The notes below the pieces were generated by a model, which worked only from the letters and a program-made list of their open reading frames with translations, was not told the DNA's origin and did not search any database. Shown here one piece after another: positions 26,340 through 35,130 of a DNA stretch of 64,000 bases (positions within the stretch are counted from its first letter, which is position 1; every line of letters starts with the position of its first letter). The stretch is taken from NCBI GenBank assembly GCA_003134555.1, contig PLBO01000131.1, forward strand, positions 37,272 through 101,271, given 5' to 3'. The position numbers were made by a program, and so were the translations under genes. The stretch is from Actinomycetota bacterium. GTDB taxonomy: Bacteria > Actinomycetota > Acidimicrobiia > IMCC26256 > PALSA-610.

Positions 26340-29300
26340 TCAGGCCTTGGCGACCTCTGCCTTCGCATTCGAGCGTTGGATCGCCCGCTCGTCGGTGCCG
26401 AGGTACGACGCGACCACGCGCGGATCCGAGCGCACCGCATCGGGGGCGCCGTGCGCGATCACCGCACCTGCCTCCATGCAGTAGATGCGGTCGCTGATCG
26501 ACATGATGAGCGGGAGGTCGTGCTCCACGACGACGAGCGTTGCGTCGAGCTCGCGCTGGACGCGCTTGATCAGCGGTCCGAACGCCTCGGCCTCGCGCTG
26601 CGCGACACCGGCGGTCGGCTCGTCGAGGCAGACGACGCGGGGCGCGACCGCGAGCACCGACGCGAGCTCGACGATGCGACGCGTTCCCGTCGACAGCTCG
26701 ACGATGAAGCGGTCGGCGTAGCGCCCGAGGCCGAGGAAGTCGATCAGCTCCGCGGCTTCGGCTCGCTTGGCGCGCTCCTTGGAGATCGACGGGGGATAGA
26801 AGAGCAGCGATCCCCAGAACGACGTCGCGCCGCGGGCCTCGAGCGCGAGCTGCACTGTCTCGCGCACGGTGAGCTCGGGGAACAACGTCGCGGCCTGGAA
26901 GGTGCGACCCAGGCCCGCACGTGCGCGCAGGTGCGGCGGTAGGCGCGACACGTCGTCGCCGAGGAGCTCGACCTTGCCCCGGCTGGGGACGTAGCCGCCG
27001 ATCGCGTTCAGGAGCGTCGACTTGCCGGCGCCGTTGGTTCCGATGAGTCCGATGACCTCGCCGGGCATCGCGTGGAACTCGATGTTGTCGACTGCGACGA
27101 GTCCGCCGAAGTCGACGGCCAACGCACTGGTCGCGATCGCGCTGCCGTCGGCGTTCGTTGCCATCGTCACGCCGGCGCGGCGCGCGAGCGAGACCGGCGG
27201 TGTCGTGACCGTCTTCGTCGGCTGCTCGGGCAGTCGTTTCTCGAGCCAGCGCAGGATCGTGCCGCGCAAGGAGTAGCCGAGTTGCGTGAAACCGCCGGGT
27301 AGGTAGAGCAGCACGATCAGCAGGCCGATGCTCGACGTGAGAAGGCCGACGGTTTGGTTCTTCGGCCAGAACAACGGGAGGCCGACGACCCACAGCGCGC
27401 CGGTGACTGCGCCCGCGAGGCTGCCGAGTCCGCCGATCACGGCCATCGCGACGATCGACAGCGAGTCCTGGACGCGAAAGAACGCGTCGTGGTAACCGAA
27501 CGTCTGGACCGTGCCCGCCAGCACGGCGCCCCCCAGTCCCGCGAGGAAGCCGCCCAACGCGAACGCCGTGAGCTTCGCGCGTGTCGGCGACACGGTGAAC
27601 GCTGCCGCGCCCGCTTCGTTCTCGCGGACGCCGACGATCGCGCGGCCGATGCCGGTGCGGCGCAGGTGCCCGACGAGGAGGAGGACGATGACGAGGGTGC
27701 CGAGCGCGAAGTAGTAGTACGCGCGGTTGTGCACCGTCAGGTCGAGGGGGCCCAGCTTGCCCCGGTCGACCTCGCCGATGCTCGAGCCCTCCGTGCCGAC
27801 GAGGATCGGGCGGGGAAAGATGTAGACCTCCGCCGCGATGGCGAAGGCCATGGTGCTGATCGCGAGCAACAGGCCCCGCACGCGCAGCGCGCCGGTGCCG
27901 ACCGCGGCGGCGACCATGCTGCTGACGGCCGCGCCCAGGAGCACCGCGAGCACGAACGGCACCCGGTGCATGCTGCCGGTGCGGTCGATCGCCGCGGGGA
28001 AGACGACCGCGCCGGCGACGATGCACAGCGCAGCGGCGATCGCCGCGATGACGCGGACACGAGTATCGCGACGGCGCGCGAGAGCGACTCCGATCGCGAT
28101 GGCCGCGACCGCGAGGAGGGCGAGCCCCCCGGCCATCGGAAACGGGCGAACCGCGCCCCTCGCGAGCCGGTTCGATCGCCAGCCGATGTCGAGCGTGACG
28201 CCGCGGATGAGCGCCGCGGCGCTCAGCGCCCCGAGCCCCGCGAACGCGGCCTGACCGAGCGACAGCTGCCCGGCCCAGCCGGTCAGCACCGTGACCGATA
28301 CCGCGATGATCGCAGTCGCCAGGACCAGTGCGTAGGCCTGTTGGTGCGACGACTGGGTGATCAGGAACGGCACGATGATCGCACCCGCGAGCGCGATCCA
28401 CGCGGTGAGATTCGGTATGCGCCGCACCCACCACACCTCCCGCAGGCGCTCGGGCACCGGGGGCACGCGCGGCGCGAACGCGAAGCTGTCGCCGAGGGTT
28501 CCGGCGTCGGCGCGGCTGATACGGGCGACGAGAACGAGCACCACCAGGAAGAGCACGAACTCGACCAGGCCCGGCGAGTTCGGGAAGTTGTACGTGAGTA
28601 CCTGGTAGAGGATCCCGATCCCGATCGCGCCGGCGGCGGTGCGCGGGAACGACGTCATGCCACCGATGAGCGCGGCGGTCAGGCCGAGCAGCAGCGTCTG
28701 GGGACCGACCTGGACGAGGTCGGTCGTGCCTCCCTGCGTCGCGTAGAGCACGAGCGTGATGCCCGAGAGGAGACCGCCGATCGTCCAGATCGCGGTCGAC
28801 ATCAGCTTCGGGCTGATCCCGGTGAGGCGCGCGAGATCGGGGTTCGTCGCCGACGCGCGGACGGCATCGCCGAACACTGTGCGACCGAGGAGCCACCAGA
28901 GCGCGAGCGTGACGATCGGCACGACGATGAGCGCGAGCACTTGCGGTCCGGTGACGACGACGTTCGTGACCTGCAGATGGAAGCCACCGAGGTGCAGGTG
29001 CCCGAGTGAGGAGATCTTCCAGTTCGAGTTCATCGGGCTCGGAAAGACCGTCTGGAACTTGCCGGTGCGGTAGTCGGGCAGCGTGCGCACGAGCGCCTGC
29101 ACCAACTCGGCCACGCCGATCGTCGCGACGAGCACGATGACGCGCGGGGCCTTGGCGAGCCGGCGGATCACGATCATCTCGATCAGCGCCCCGCCCGCGG
29201 TCGTGGTGAGGAGCGCGAGCGCGAGAGCCGGCCAGTAGGGGAAGTGCGAGCGCACGACCATGATTGCCAGCAGCGCGGCCGCGGGGACGCCGATGTCGGC

Positions 29301-29441
29301 GACGGCGAAGTTGATGACGCGGGTCGAGCGGTAGATCAAGACGATGCCCATCGCCAGGACCGACACGATGAGGCCCTGGACGAGGCCGATGAACAGGAGG
29401 TTCGACGTCGCGATGTGGGGCTGGAACAGCGACGCCACCAT
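26340..29441 (-). CDS. fused branched-chain-amino-acid-type ABC importer: LivH-like permease + LivM-like permease + LivG-like ATPase
   Basis: Single 1033-aa ORF. The LivH-like N-terminus is LFIGLVQGLIVSVLAMGIVLIYRSTRVINFAVADIG. The LivM-like middle is VLTGWAGQLSLGQAAFAGLGA. The C-terminal ATPase has Walker A GLIGTNGAGKSTLL, an LSTGTRR signature and Walker B VVCLDEPTAG. Confidence 0.85.
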   Translation of the reverse strand: MVASLFQPHIATSNLLFIGLVQGLIVSVLAMGIVLIYRSTRVINFAVADIGVPAAALLAIMVVRSHFPYWPALALALLTTTAGGALIEMIVIRRLAKAPRVIVLVATIGVAELVQALVRTLPDYRTGKFQTVFPSPMNSNWKISSLGHLHLGGFHLQVTNVVVTGPQVLALIVVPIVTLALWWLLGRTVFGDAVRASATNPDLARLTGISPKLMSTAIWTIGGLLSGITLVLYATQGGTTDLVQVGPQTLLLGLTAALIGGMTSFPRTAAGAIGIGILYQVLTYNFPNSPGLVEFVLFLVVLVLVARISRADAGTLGDSFAFAPRVPPVPERLREVWWVRRIPNLTAWIALAGAIIVPFLITQSSHQQAYALVLATAIIAVSVTVLTGWAGQLSLGQAAFAGLGALSAAALIRGVTLDIGWRSNRLARGAVRPFPMAGGLALLAVAAIAIGVALARRRDTRVRVIAAIAAALCIVAGAVVFPAAIDRTGSMHRVPFVLAVLLGAAVSSMVAAAVGTGALRVRGLLLAISTMAFAIAAEVYIFPRPILVGTEGSSIGEVDRGKLGPLDLTVHNRAYYYFALGTLVIVLLLVGHLRRTGIGRAIVGVRENEAGAAAFTVSPTRAKLTAFALGGFLAGLGGAVLAGTVQTFGYHDAFFRVQDSLSIVAMAVIGGLGSLAGAVTGALWVVGLPLFWPKNQTVGLLTSSIGLLIVLLYLPGGFTQLGYSLRGTILRWLEKRLPEQPTKTVTTPPVSLARRAGVTMATNADGSAIATSALAVDFGGLVAVDNIEFHAMPGEVIGLIGTNGAGKSTLLNAIGGYVPSRGKVELLGDDVSRLPPHLRARAGLGRTFQAATLFPELTVRETVQLALEARGATSFWGSLLFYPPSISKERAKRAEAAELIDFLGLGRYADRFIVELSTGTRRIVELASVLAVAPRVVCLDEPTAGVAQREAEAFGPLIKRVQRELDATLVVVEHDLPLIMSISDRIYCMEAGAVIAHGAPDAVRSDPRVVASYLGTDERAIQRSNAKAEVAKA

Positions 29442-31660
29442 CAGCCGCCTTCGGTGCCGAAGAAGACGGCGCGGGCGAGGTCGTCGCGGTCGAGCAGCTC
29501 CTGCGCGGAGCCCTCGAACTTCACCTCACCCTTCTCGAGGAAGATCGCGCGGTCGGAGATCGCGAGCGCGACGTTGAGCGACTGCTCGACGATGAGCATC
29601 GTCTGGCCGCGCGCTCGGAGCCGGTCGACGAGCTCGAGCATGCGCTGGACGACCACGGGCGCAAGGCCGAGTGAGAGCTCGTCGATCAAGAGGATCTCGG
29701 GCTCCTGCATGAGCACGCGCGCCAAGGCGAGCATCTGCTGCTGACCGCCGGAGAGGCTGCGGGCCAACTGTTTCGGCCGTTCGGCCAGCTCGGGGAAGAG
29801 CTCGAGGACGTCGGAGATGTGAGCGTCGATCTCGGCGCTGGTCCCGCCCCGCAACCGCGCCGCGATACCGAGGTTCTGCATGACGGTCAGGCTCGGGAAC
29901 ACACCCTTGCCGCCCGGCAGCTGCACGATCCCGTGTCGGACGCGCTGTTCCGGGGCCACGAACGTGATGTTGCGCCCGTTGAGTCGTGTGACCCCGCGCT
30001 CGGGCACCTCGAGACCGCTGATGACGCGCAGGATCGTCGACTTGCCGGCCCCGTTGGTGCCGAGCAGCGCGACGCACTCGCCGCGGTGGATCTCGAAGTT
30101 GACGTCGAAGAGCACCTGCACGGGCCCGTAGGAGAAGTCGGTGTTGACCATCTGCAACACCGGAGTGTCGACGCCGTCGACGGCGCGCTTGCGTTGCTCC
30201 TCTTGTTCCTCGAGTAACTCCTCGACGACGAGGGAGAGATCGTGGCGTATGAACCGCGCCCCGTTCATCAACAGCAGGCTGCCGATGATGCTGGTGGGAA
30301 CGAGCAGGACGAAGACGGTTGTGCGCACTCCGAACGAGTTCGTGAAGAAGTCGGCGAGGATGCTGCCGCCGAACCCGCCGATGAGCACCACGTACATGAC
30401 ACCCATGGCCACGCCGAGCCCGCGCAAGCGGTACGGGCACACGGCCTGCAGCACCGGCGTGACCATCGCGAACGCGCACGCCGTGAGCACCGATTGCGGG
30501 ATCCCGAAGATCACGAACCACACGGTGCTGTGCGTCGAGACCTGCAAGGGTGTGAACAGCGCCGACGGCATGATCAGAGCGCCGACCAGCACGAGGGCCT
30601 TCGCCGGGTCCTTGCGGTACGTTCGGTCGAAGTAGCGGCCGACGGGATACAGGAATGGCACCGCGGTCCACCCGGAGAGGCTGAGGATGAAGCCGCGCTG
30701 CAGGATGTTGGTGACGTGCAGCGTGTCGTTGAGGTACAGCACCTGCAGCGCGCCGAGCGCGAACACGCCGAACCCGAGCGCGGCGAAGGCCGCGATCGAC
30801 GTGCGGATCGTCGCGACCTTCTTCAACCGCGCGAACGCCGCCTCCATCGACGGCTGCGCGGGGTTCTCGTCCTCGATGACCTCACCGAGCACGTCCTGCT
30901 TCTCGTACTGCCCGCGCGGCGGCTCGCGCAGGAAGAACACCGCGATGGCCATGAGCGCGCCCGGTATCCCGAGCACGAAGAACGCCCAGCGCCAACCCTC
31001 GACCCCGCCGGCCCAGGTCGCGATCGCGCCGACCACGACGGGGCTGAGGTTCCCCAGCACCTGCTGGCCGATGTTCATCGCGGCCGACATCCGGGCCCGG
31101 ATACCGATCGGGTAGTTATCGGCGAGTAGCGGCTGGTGCACGGCGAGGTTGTTCGCCTTGGCCACGCCGGTGAGGCACAGCGCCCAGAACAAGACGAACG
31201 CGCTGCCCGCGAGTCCGGACAAGAAGGTGAAGAGCGCCGCTAACAACGTGGCGAAGCCGACGATCGGGATGCGACGCGTGCGATCCGCGAGCCAACCCAT
31301 CGGGATCGCGCCGAGCGCGTAGAAGAGGCTCGACGCCGAGGCGATGAACACGACTGCGCCGCTGCTGATGTGGAAGGTCTGGCGCAGCTCGGGCTCGATC
31401 GTCTGCACCGCGTTCAGGGTCAGCTGGTCGAGCGACACCAACAGCCCGAGCACGACGAACATGCTCACGCCGCCTTTGGCGAACGCGCCCCGGAGACTCA
31501 CCGGCTCGGAGTTGACCCCCGGGAGGAGGTCGTCGGGGAAGATCACCTGCTCTTTGGCCCGGGCCTGCGCTTCTTGGCGGGCCGCCTCTTCGTCGAGAAC
31601 TGCCGCCGCGAGCGACGCGGCGCTGCCCTCGGGTTCGCCAGGTGTCTGCAGATCGGTCAC
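29441..31660 (-). CDS. MFS-type membrane domain fused to LivF-like ABC ATPase
   Basis: 739-aa ORF. The N-terminal ~490 aa have about 12 TM spans with MFS motif-A-like GWLADRTRRIP and WRWAFFVLGIPGALMAIAVFFLREP. The C-terminal ~240 aa have Walker A LLGTNGAGKSTIL, signature LSGGQQQ and Walker B ILLIDELS. The stop overlaps the downstream ATG (TGATG). Confidence 0.82.
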   Translation of the reverse strand: MTDLQTPGEPEGSAASLAAAVLDEEAARQEAQARAKEQVIFPDDLLPGVNSEPVSLRGAFAKGGVSMFVVLGLLVSLDQLTLNAVQTIEPELRQTFHISSGAVVFIASASSLFYALGAIPMGWLADRTRRIPIVGFATLLAALFTFLSGLAGSAFVLFWALCLTGVAKANNLAVHQPLLADNYPIGIRARMSAAMNIGQQVLGNLSPVVVGAIATWAGGVEGWRWAFFVLGIPGALMAIAVFFLREPPRGQYEKQDVLGEVIEDENPAQPSMEAAFARLKKVATIRTSIAAFAALGFGVFALGALQVLYLNDTLHVTNILQRGFILSLSGWTAVPFLYPVGRYFDRTYRKDPAKALVLVGALIMPSALFTPLQVSTHSTVWFVIFGIPQSVLTACAFAMVTPVLQAVCPYRLRGLGVAMGVMYVVLIGGFGGSILADFFTNSFGVRTTVFVLLVPTSIIGSLLLMNGARFIRHDLSLVVEELLEEQEEQRKRAVDGVDTPVLQMVNTDFSYGPVQVLFDVNFEIHRGECVALLGTNGAGKSTILRVISGLEVPERGVTRLNGRNITFVAPEQRVRHGIVQLPGGKGVFPSLTVMQNLGIAARLRGGTSAEIDAHISDVLELFPELAERPKQLARSLSGGQQQMLALARVLMQEPEILLIDELSLGLAPVVVQRMLELVDRLRARGQTMLIVEQSLNVALAISDRAIFLEKGEVKFEGSAQELLDRDDLARAVFFGTEGG

Positions 31661-31732
31661 GGTCTCTCCATCGCCGGCAGCCCGTTGCCGGCGGCCCGCG
31701 ATGGCGGCGGGTGCTCGGATCGTACGCGCTAG

Positions 31733-31748
31733 CTGACATGCGTGTCAG
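31733..31748. promoter_or_regulatory. palindromic operator candidate, CTGAC-N6-GTCAG
   Basis: CTGACATGCGTGTCAG sits in the 127-bp divergent region. It lies 72 nt from the MFS-LivF ATG (31660, minus strand) and 39 nt from the OMT ATG (31788). Confidence 0.6.
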
Positions 31749-31787
31749 GCGCGGATGTACCTCCTGCGCCCCCGCTAGCGTCTCACC

Positions 31788-32456
31788 ATGGCAGCCGCGC
31801 GTCCTCCGAAGTCGTTTCTTCTCTCGTCCGAGCTCGCCGACTACATCGTCTCGCACGGCACACCACCGGATGGCGTGCAGCAGGCGCTGATCAAGGAGAC
31901 CGCCGCCCTCGGCGCGGTCGCGGGCATGCAGATCGCGCCCGAGCAGGGCGCGTTCCTCACGGTGTTGACGCGCCTGATCGGTGCGCGGCGCGCGATCGAG
32001 ATCGGCACGTTCACCGGCTACTCGGCTCTGTGCATCGCCCGAGGACTCCCCGACGACGGCCGGCTGCTGTGTTGCGACGTCTCCGAGGAGTGGACGGCGG
32101 TGGGCAAGCGGGCCTGGGCAACAGCGGGCGTGGCCGATCGGATCGACCTGCGAATCGCGCCCGCGCTCGAAACGCTCGCGGCGCTCCCGGCCGACGCCCA
32201 GTTCGATCTGGCGTTCATCGACGCCGACAAGCCGAACTACGCGAACTATTTCGACGCGCTGCTGCCCAAGATGCGCACCAACGGTGCGATCCTCGTCGAC
32301 AACGTGCTGTGGGACGGTCGCGTGGTGAAGCCCGACGCCGACGACGAGAACACGGTGGCGATTCGCGCCTTCAACGACAAGGTGACACGCGACGATCGCG
32401 TCGACACCGTGATGCTGCCGATCGCCGACGGACTCACGCTCGCCCGCAAGCGGTAA
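31788..32456 (+). CDS. class I SAM-dependent O-methyltransferase (caffeoyl-CoA OMT-like, family 3)
   Basis: 222 aa. Motifs: QGAFLTVLTRLIGARRAIEIGTFTGYSALCIARGLPDDGRLLCCD, FIDADKPNYANYF and ILVDNVLWDGRV. No Shine-Dalgarno. TAGCGT lies 6 nt upstream of the ATG, so the gene is possibly leaderless. Confidence 0.85.
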   Translation: MAAARPPKSFLLSSELADYIVSHGTPPDGVQQALIKETAALGAVAGMQIAPEQGAFLTVLTRLIGARRAIEIGTFTGYSALCIARGLPDDGRLLCCDVSEEWTAVGKRAWATAGVADRIDLRIAPALETLAALPADAQFDLAFIDADKPNYANYFDALLPKMRTNGAILVDNVLWDGRVVKPDADDENTVAIRAFNDKVTRDDRVDTVMLPIADGLTLARKR

Positions 32457-32539
32457 CCAATAACAGGGAGACGAACCCGTACCTCTTGGCGCCGGTTTTC
32501 GCTCCCGGTGCTGGCGTCACCCGTGAGGAGCCCTCTACC

Positions 32540-32950
32540 GTGACCCGGGGGCGGATATCCATCCGGGGGGACAGAGCTGTGAAGACGACACTGGGCCGGA
32601 GTGAAGGCGGCATCGCGTGGGACGCACCGCACGAGGCGCTTCTCGCTTTCGTCGCTGAGCTGCACGACGCCGGAATCCCGCTTTGCGAGGAATTCTCCGA
32701 GATGATCCTCGTCTACCTGGGCGACGACAACCAGGCGGTGTCGCCGAGCCAGGCCGTGGCCGAGTTGTTCGCCGAGCCCATGACGGCCGCCGAATCGGTG
32801 TCGACCCTGGTGCTCGCTACGGCCGCCGCCCGCGCCCGCGATGCCGGCCTCGACGACGAATCGCTCCTACGGCTGATGGCGCTCGCCACGGTGTTCGCCG
32901 CCCGGTTCGACTCGTTTCTCGCAGAGCGTGGCGCCGTAAACCGCGCTTAG
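32540..32950 (+). CDS. hypothetical acidic protein
   Basis: C-terminal part of ORF 31742..32950 downstream of the OMT stop. High third-position GC. GTG 32540 has GAGGAG 10 nt upstream, and GTG 32579 is the alternative start. No recognisable motif. Confidence 0.4.
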   Translation: MTRGRISIRGDRAVKTTLGRSEGGIAWDAPHEALLAFVAELHDAGIPLCEEFSEMILVYLGDDNQAVSPSQAVAELFAEPMTAAESVSTLVLATAAARARDAGLDDESLLRLMALATVFAARFDSFLAERGAVNRA

Positions 32951-33007
32951 CGTCGCGTCCGTTCTCCCCGGGCTCTACACGGGTCTTCACAGACTCGCAA
33001 TGCGAGA

Positions 33008-33106
33008 TCCGCAAAAATATCGCGCCAGGGCACTAAAATGGGGGCAAATCGGCGGTAACTTTTTTCTCGAAAACTCTAGGGATATTCCCGTGCGAGGGGC
33101 ATAGTC
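33008..33106 (+). promoter_or_regulatory. AT-rich leader/promoter region upstream of the AbrB-type gene
   Basis: Locally AT-rich in a GC-rich genome: gcaaaaatat, TAAAAT at 33034-33039, TTTTC-TC-GAAAA at 33062-33073 and GGGA-TAT-TCCC at 33079-33089. GAGGGG lies 7 nt before the ATG. Confidence 0.45.
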
Positions 33107-33439
33107 ATGACGATCGGGACCACGCGTCGGATCGATCAGCTGGGACGAGTCGTCGTCCCGGTCGAGCTCCGCAGGACGCTCGCGATCCGCGAAGGAGACC
33201 TCCTCGAGGTCACGGCCGAGGACGGCCGACTCATTCTGCGCAAGGTCGCGCCCCAGTGTGCGCTCTGCGGGCGCCATGACAACCTGATGGACCTGCGCGA
33301 GAAACCCCTGTGCCGTGATTGTGTGCGCGAGATCAGGCTCGAGCCGGAGTGCGCGGTGTGCGGACGGCTCGACAACCTGGTCGAGCTGCGCGACCAGCAC
33401 GTCTGCCGCGACGGCGCGCACGAGATCAGCATCGTCTGA
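33107..33439 (+). CDS. AbrB/MazE/SpoVT-type DNA-binding protein with duplicated Cys-rich C-terminal module
   Basis: The N-terminus (RRIDQLGRVVVPVELRRTLAIREGDLLEV) is a SpoVT-AbrB swapped-hairpin motif. The C-terminus has two 31-aa repeats, PQCALCGRHDNLMDLREKPLCRDCVREI and PECAVCGRLDNLVELRDQHVCRDGAHEI. Confidence 0.8.
   Translation: MTIGTTRRIDQLGRVVVPVELRRTLAIREGDLLEVTAEDGRLILRKVAPQCALCGRHDNLMDLREKPLCRDCVREIRLEPECAVCGRLDNLVELRDQHVCRDGAHEISIV
33251..33436 (+). repeat. 93-nt (31-aa) internal tandem duplication inside the AbrB-type CDS
   Basis: Residues 49-79 and 80-110 align without gaps as P[QE]CA[LV]CGR.DNL[MV][DE]LR...[LV]CRD[CG]..EI. Confidence 0.85.
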
Positions 33440-33470
33440 GCGCGTCTCGAGCGCGCCCGGACGAGCGGGG

Positions 33471-34127
33471 TCACATCCCGCGCAGCATCTTGTAGATCGG
33501 CGCCATCTTCTCTCGCGTCGAGTCGGGAAGTGGCTGGATCTCGCCCAACTGCCGGGCGCCCCAGATGATCTCCGCGGTGAGCTCGACGAGGTTTGCGATC
33601 TTCAGTGCATCCTTCGGCGTCTTGCCGACGGTCAGCAATCCGTGGTTCGCCATGAGCACGGCCGCGCGGTCGCCGACCCATTTCGACACCTCGTCGGCCA
33701 GCTCCTGAGATCCGGTGAACTGGTAGTTCGCGACGGGCACGTCGCCGCCGACGAACACCTCGACTTCTTCGATCGCGCAGGGAATCGGTTGGTGGGTCAG
33801 CGCGAACATCGTGCAGAACTTGGCGTGACAGTGGATGACGGCGTGGATGTCGTCGTACGCGGCGAGGCACGCGAGGTGGAGCGCCTTCTCGGTCGTCGGA
33901 TGGCGAGTGCCCTCGAGCACGTTGGCGTCGAGATCGCACACGACGAGATCGTCGAGCGTCATCGTCTCGTACGCGAGCGATGACGGCGTGAGCACGACGT
34001 TGCCGTCGGGCAGGCGCGCGGAGAAGTTTCCCGCGGTCCCGTGCACGAGGTTCGTGCGCAGACTCTCCTGGGCGACCCAGAGCAGCTGCTGTTTGATCTC
34101 CTCGCTCGTTCCCTTCGGACCGGCCAT
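33471..34127 (-). CDS. class II aldolase/adducin family protein
   Basis: In-frame ATG at 34127 overlaps the upstream stop (TGATG). Motifs: VHGTAGNFSARL, VLTPSSLAYETMTLDDLVVCDLD and metal-binding IHCHAKF...MANHGLLTVG. Confidence 0.85.
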   Translation of the reverse strand: MAGPKGTSEEIKQQLLWVAQESLRTNLVHGTAGNFSARLPDGNVVLTPSSLAYETMTLDDLVVCDLDANVLEGTRHPTTEKALHLACLAAYDDIHAVIHCHAKFCTMFALTHQPIPCAIEEVEVFVGGDVPVANYQFTGSQELADEVSKWVGDRAAVLMANHGLLTVGKTPKDALKIANLVELTAEIIWGARQLGEIQPLPDSTREKMAPIYKMLRGM

Positions 34128-35110
34128 CAGCGAAGTACCTCCGGATTCACACAGTTGACCGGCTTCTCGCCGCGTAGCACCCGGACTACGTCGTCGGCGA
34201 TCAACCGGGAGTGGTTCGCCTCGGTGTCGTAGGTCGCGCCGCCGATGTGCGGGGTGAGGACGACGTTCGACATCGAGCAGAGCGGGTGGTCGATCGGCAG
34301 GTTCTCGCCCGTGAAGTGGTCGAGACCCGCGCCGGCGAGGTGTCCCGACTGGAGGGCGCTCACCAACGCATCGGTGTCGTGCAGCATTGCGCGCGCGGTG
34401 TTGATGTAGATCGCGCCCGGTTTCATGGCCGCGAATTGTGCGGCACCGACGAGACCTTCGGTCTCCGGGGTGACGACCGCGTGTACCGAGACGACGTCGC
34501 ACTCCTGCAACATCGCTTCGAGGTCGTCATGGTGGGTCGCGTCGGGGTTGTACGGGTCGTACGACAGCACGTGCATGCCGAGGCCGGCGAAGCGCCATGC
34601 CGCGGCGCGCCCGACTGCACCGAGACCGACGACCCCCACGGTCCGTCCGGCAAGCTGCCACGCCCGGTAGCGCTGGTAGGGAATCGTGCCGCCCGAGTAG
34701 ACCTCGCCGGCGCGTACGTCGCGATCGGCGGGCACGATCCAGCGGTTGACCGCGAACATCATCGCCATCGCGAGCTCGGCGACCGCGTCGGCGTTCCGGC
34801 CGGGCGCGCGGAGCACAGGGATCCCGGCGGCAGTGGCGGCCGCGATGTCGACGTTGTTGGGGTCACCGCGGCACGACCCGATCACCTTCAGCGGGAGATC
34901 GAAAACGGGCCCTTTGACGGAGTCGGACTCGACGATCAGCACGTCGGCCCCTTCGGCGGCCAGTCGGGCTGCGAGCTTCTCGCCGTTGTAGAGGCGCAGG
35001 GGGACTTGCTCGATCCAGGGGTCGTACACGACCTCGGCGACCGACCGGAGGGTCTCCATTCCGGCTCCTCGAAACGGCGCGGTCACGAGGGCGACGGGGC
35101 GAGCGGTCAC
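34127..35110 (-). CDS. D-isomer-specific 2-hydroxyacid dehydrogenase (PGDH-like), NAD-binding
   Basis: In-frame GTG at 35110 with GAGGA 7 nt upstream. Rossmann motif: GRTVGVVGLGAVGRAAAWRFAGLGMHVLSYDP. Catalytic-region motifs: INTARAMLHDTDAL and LDHF...NVVLTPHIGGAT. Confidence 0.85.
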   Translation of the reverse strand: MTARPVALVTAPFRGAGMETLRSVAEVVYDPWIEQVPLRLYNGEKLAARLAAEGADVLIVESDSVKGPVFDLPLKVIGSCRGDPNNVDIAAATAAGIPVLRAPGRNADAVAELAMAMMFAVNRWIVPADRDVRAGEVYSGGTIPYQRYRAWQLAGRTVGVVGLGAVGRAAAWRFAGLGMHVLSYDPYNPDATHHDDLEAMLQECDVVSVHAVVTPETEGLVGAAQFAAMKPGAIYINTARAMLHDTDALVSALQSGHLAGAGLDHFTGENLPIDHPLCSMSNVVLTPHIGGATYDTEANHSRLIADDVVRVLRGEKPVNCVNPEVLR

Positions 35111-35130
35111 CTCGCCATCCTCGCGCGCGG

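Noticed and set aside
26326-26343. A CTGAC-N8-GTCAG sequence spanning the two convergent stop codons of SBP2 and the LivHMG fusion.
   Set aside because: The spacer is 8 nt rather than 6, and both half-sites are created by the stop codons themselves (TGA on each strand). The 5-bp stem is too weak to call a terminator with confidence.
32457-32578. A 120-bp gap after the O-methyltransferase, examined for a riboswitch or small RNA. It contains GGATATCC and G/C runs.
   Set aside because: I saw no recognisable conserved riboswitch core or stable extended structure. It is more likely the 5' region, or an alternative start region, of the downstream hypothetical gene.
33107-33439. The AbrB/MazE-type gene considered as the antitoxin of a toxin-antitoxin pair.
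   Set aside because: There is no adjacent co-directional toxin-like ORF (MazF, PIN, Doc and so on). The downstream gene is a convergent aldolase, and the upstream gene is an acidic hypothetical protein 156 bp away.
33440-33456. GCGCGTCTCGAGCGCGC between the convergent AbrB-type and aldolase genes, considered as a bidirectional terminator.
   Set aside because: The stem is only 5-6 bp with no U-tract, which is too weak to list as a feature.
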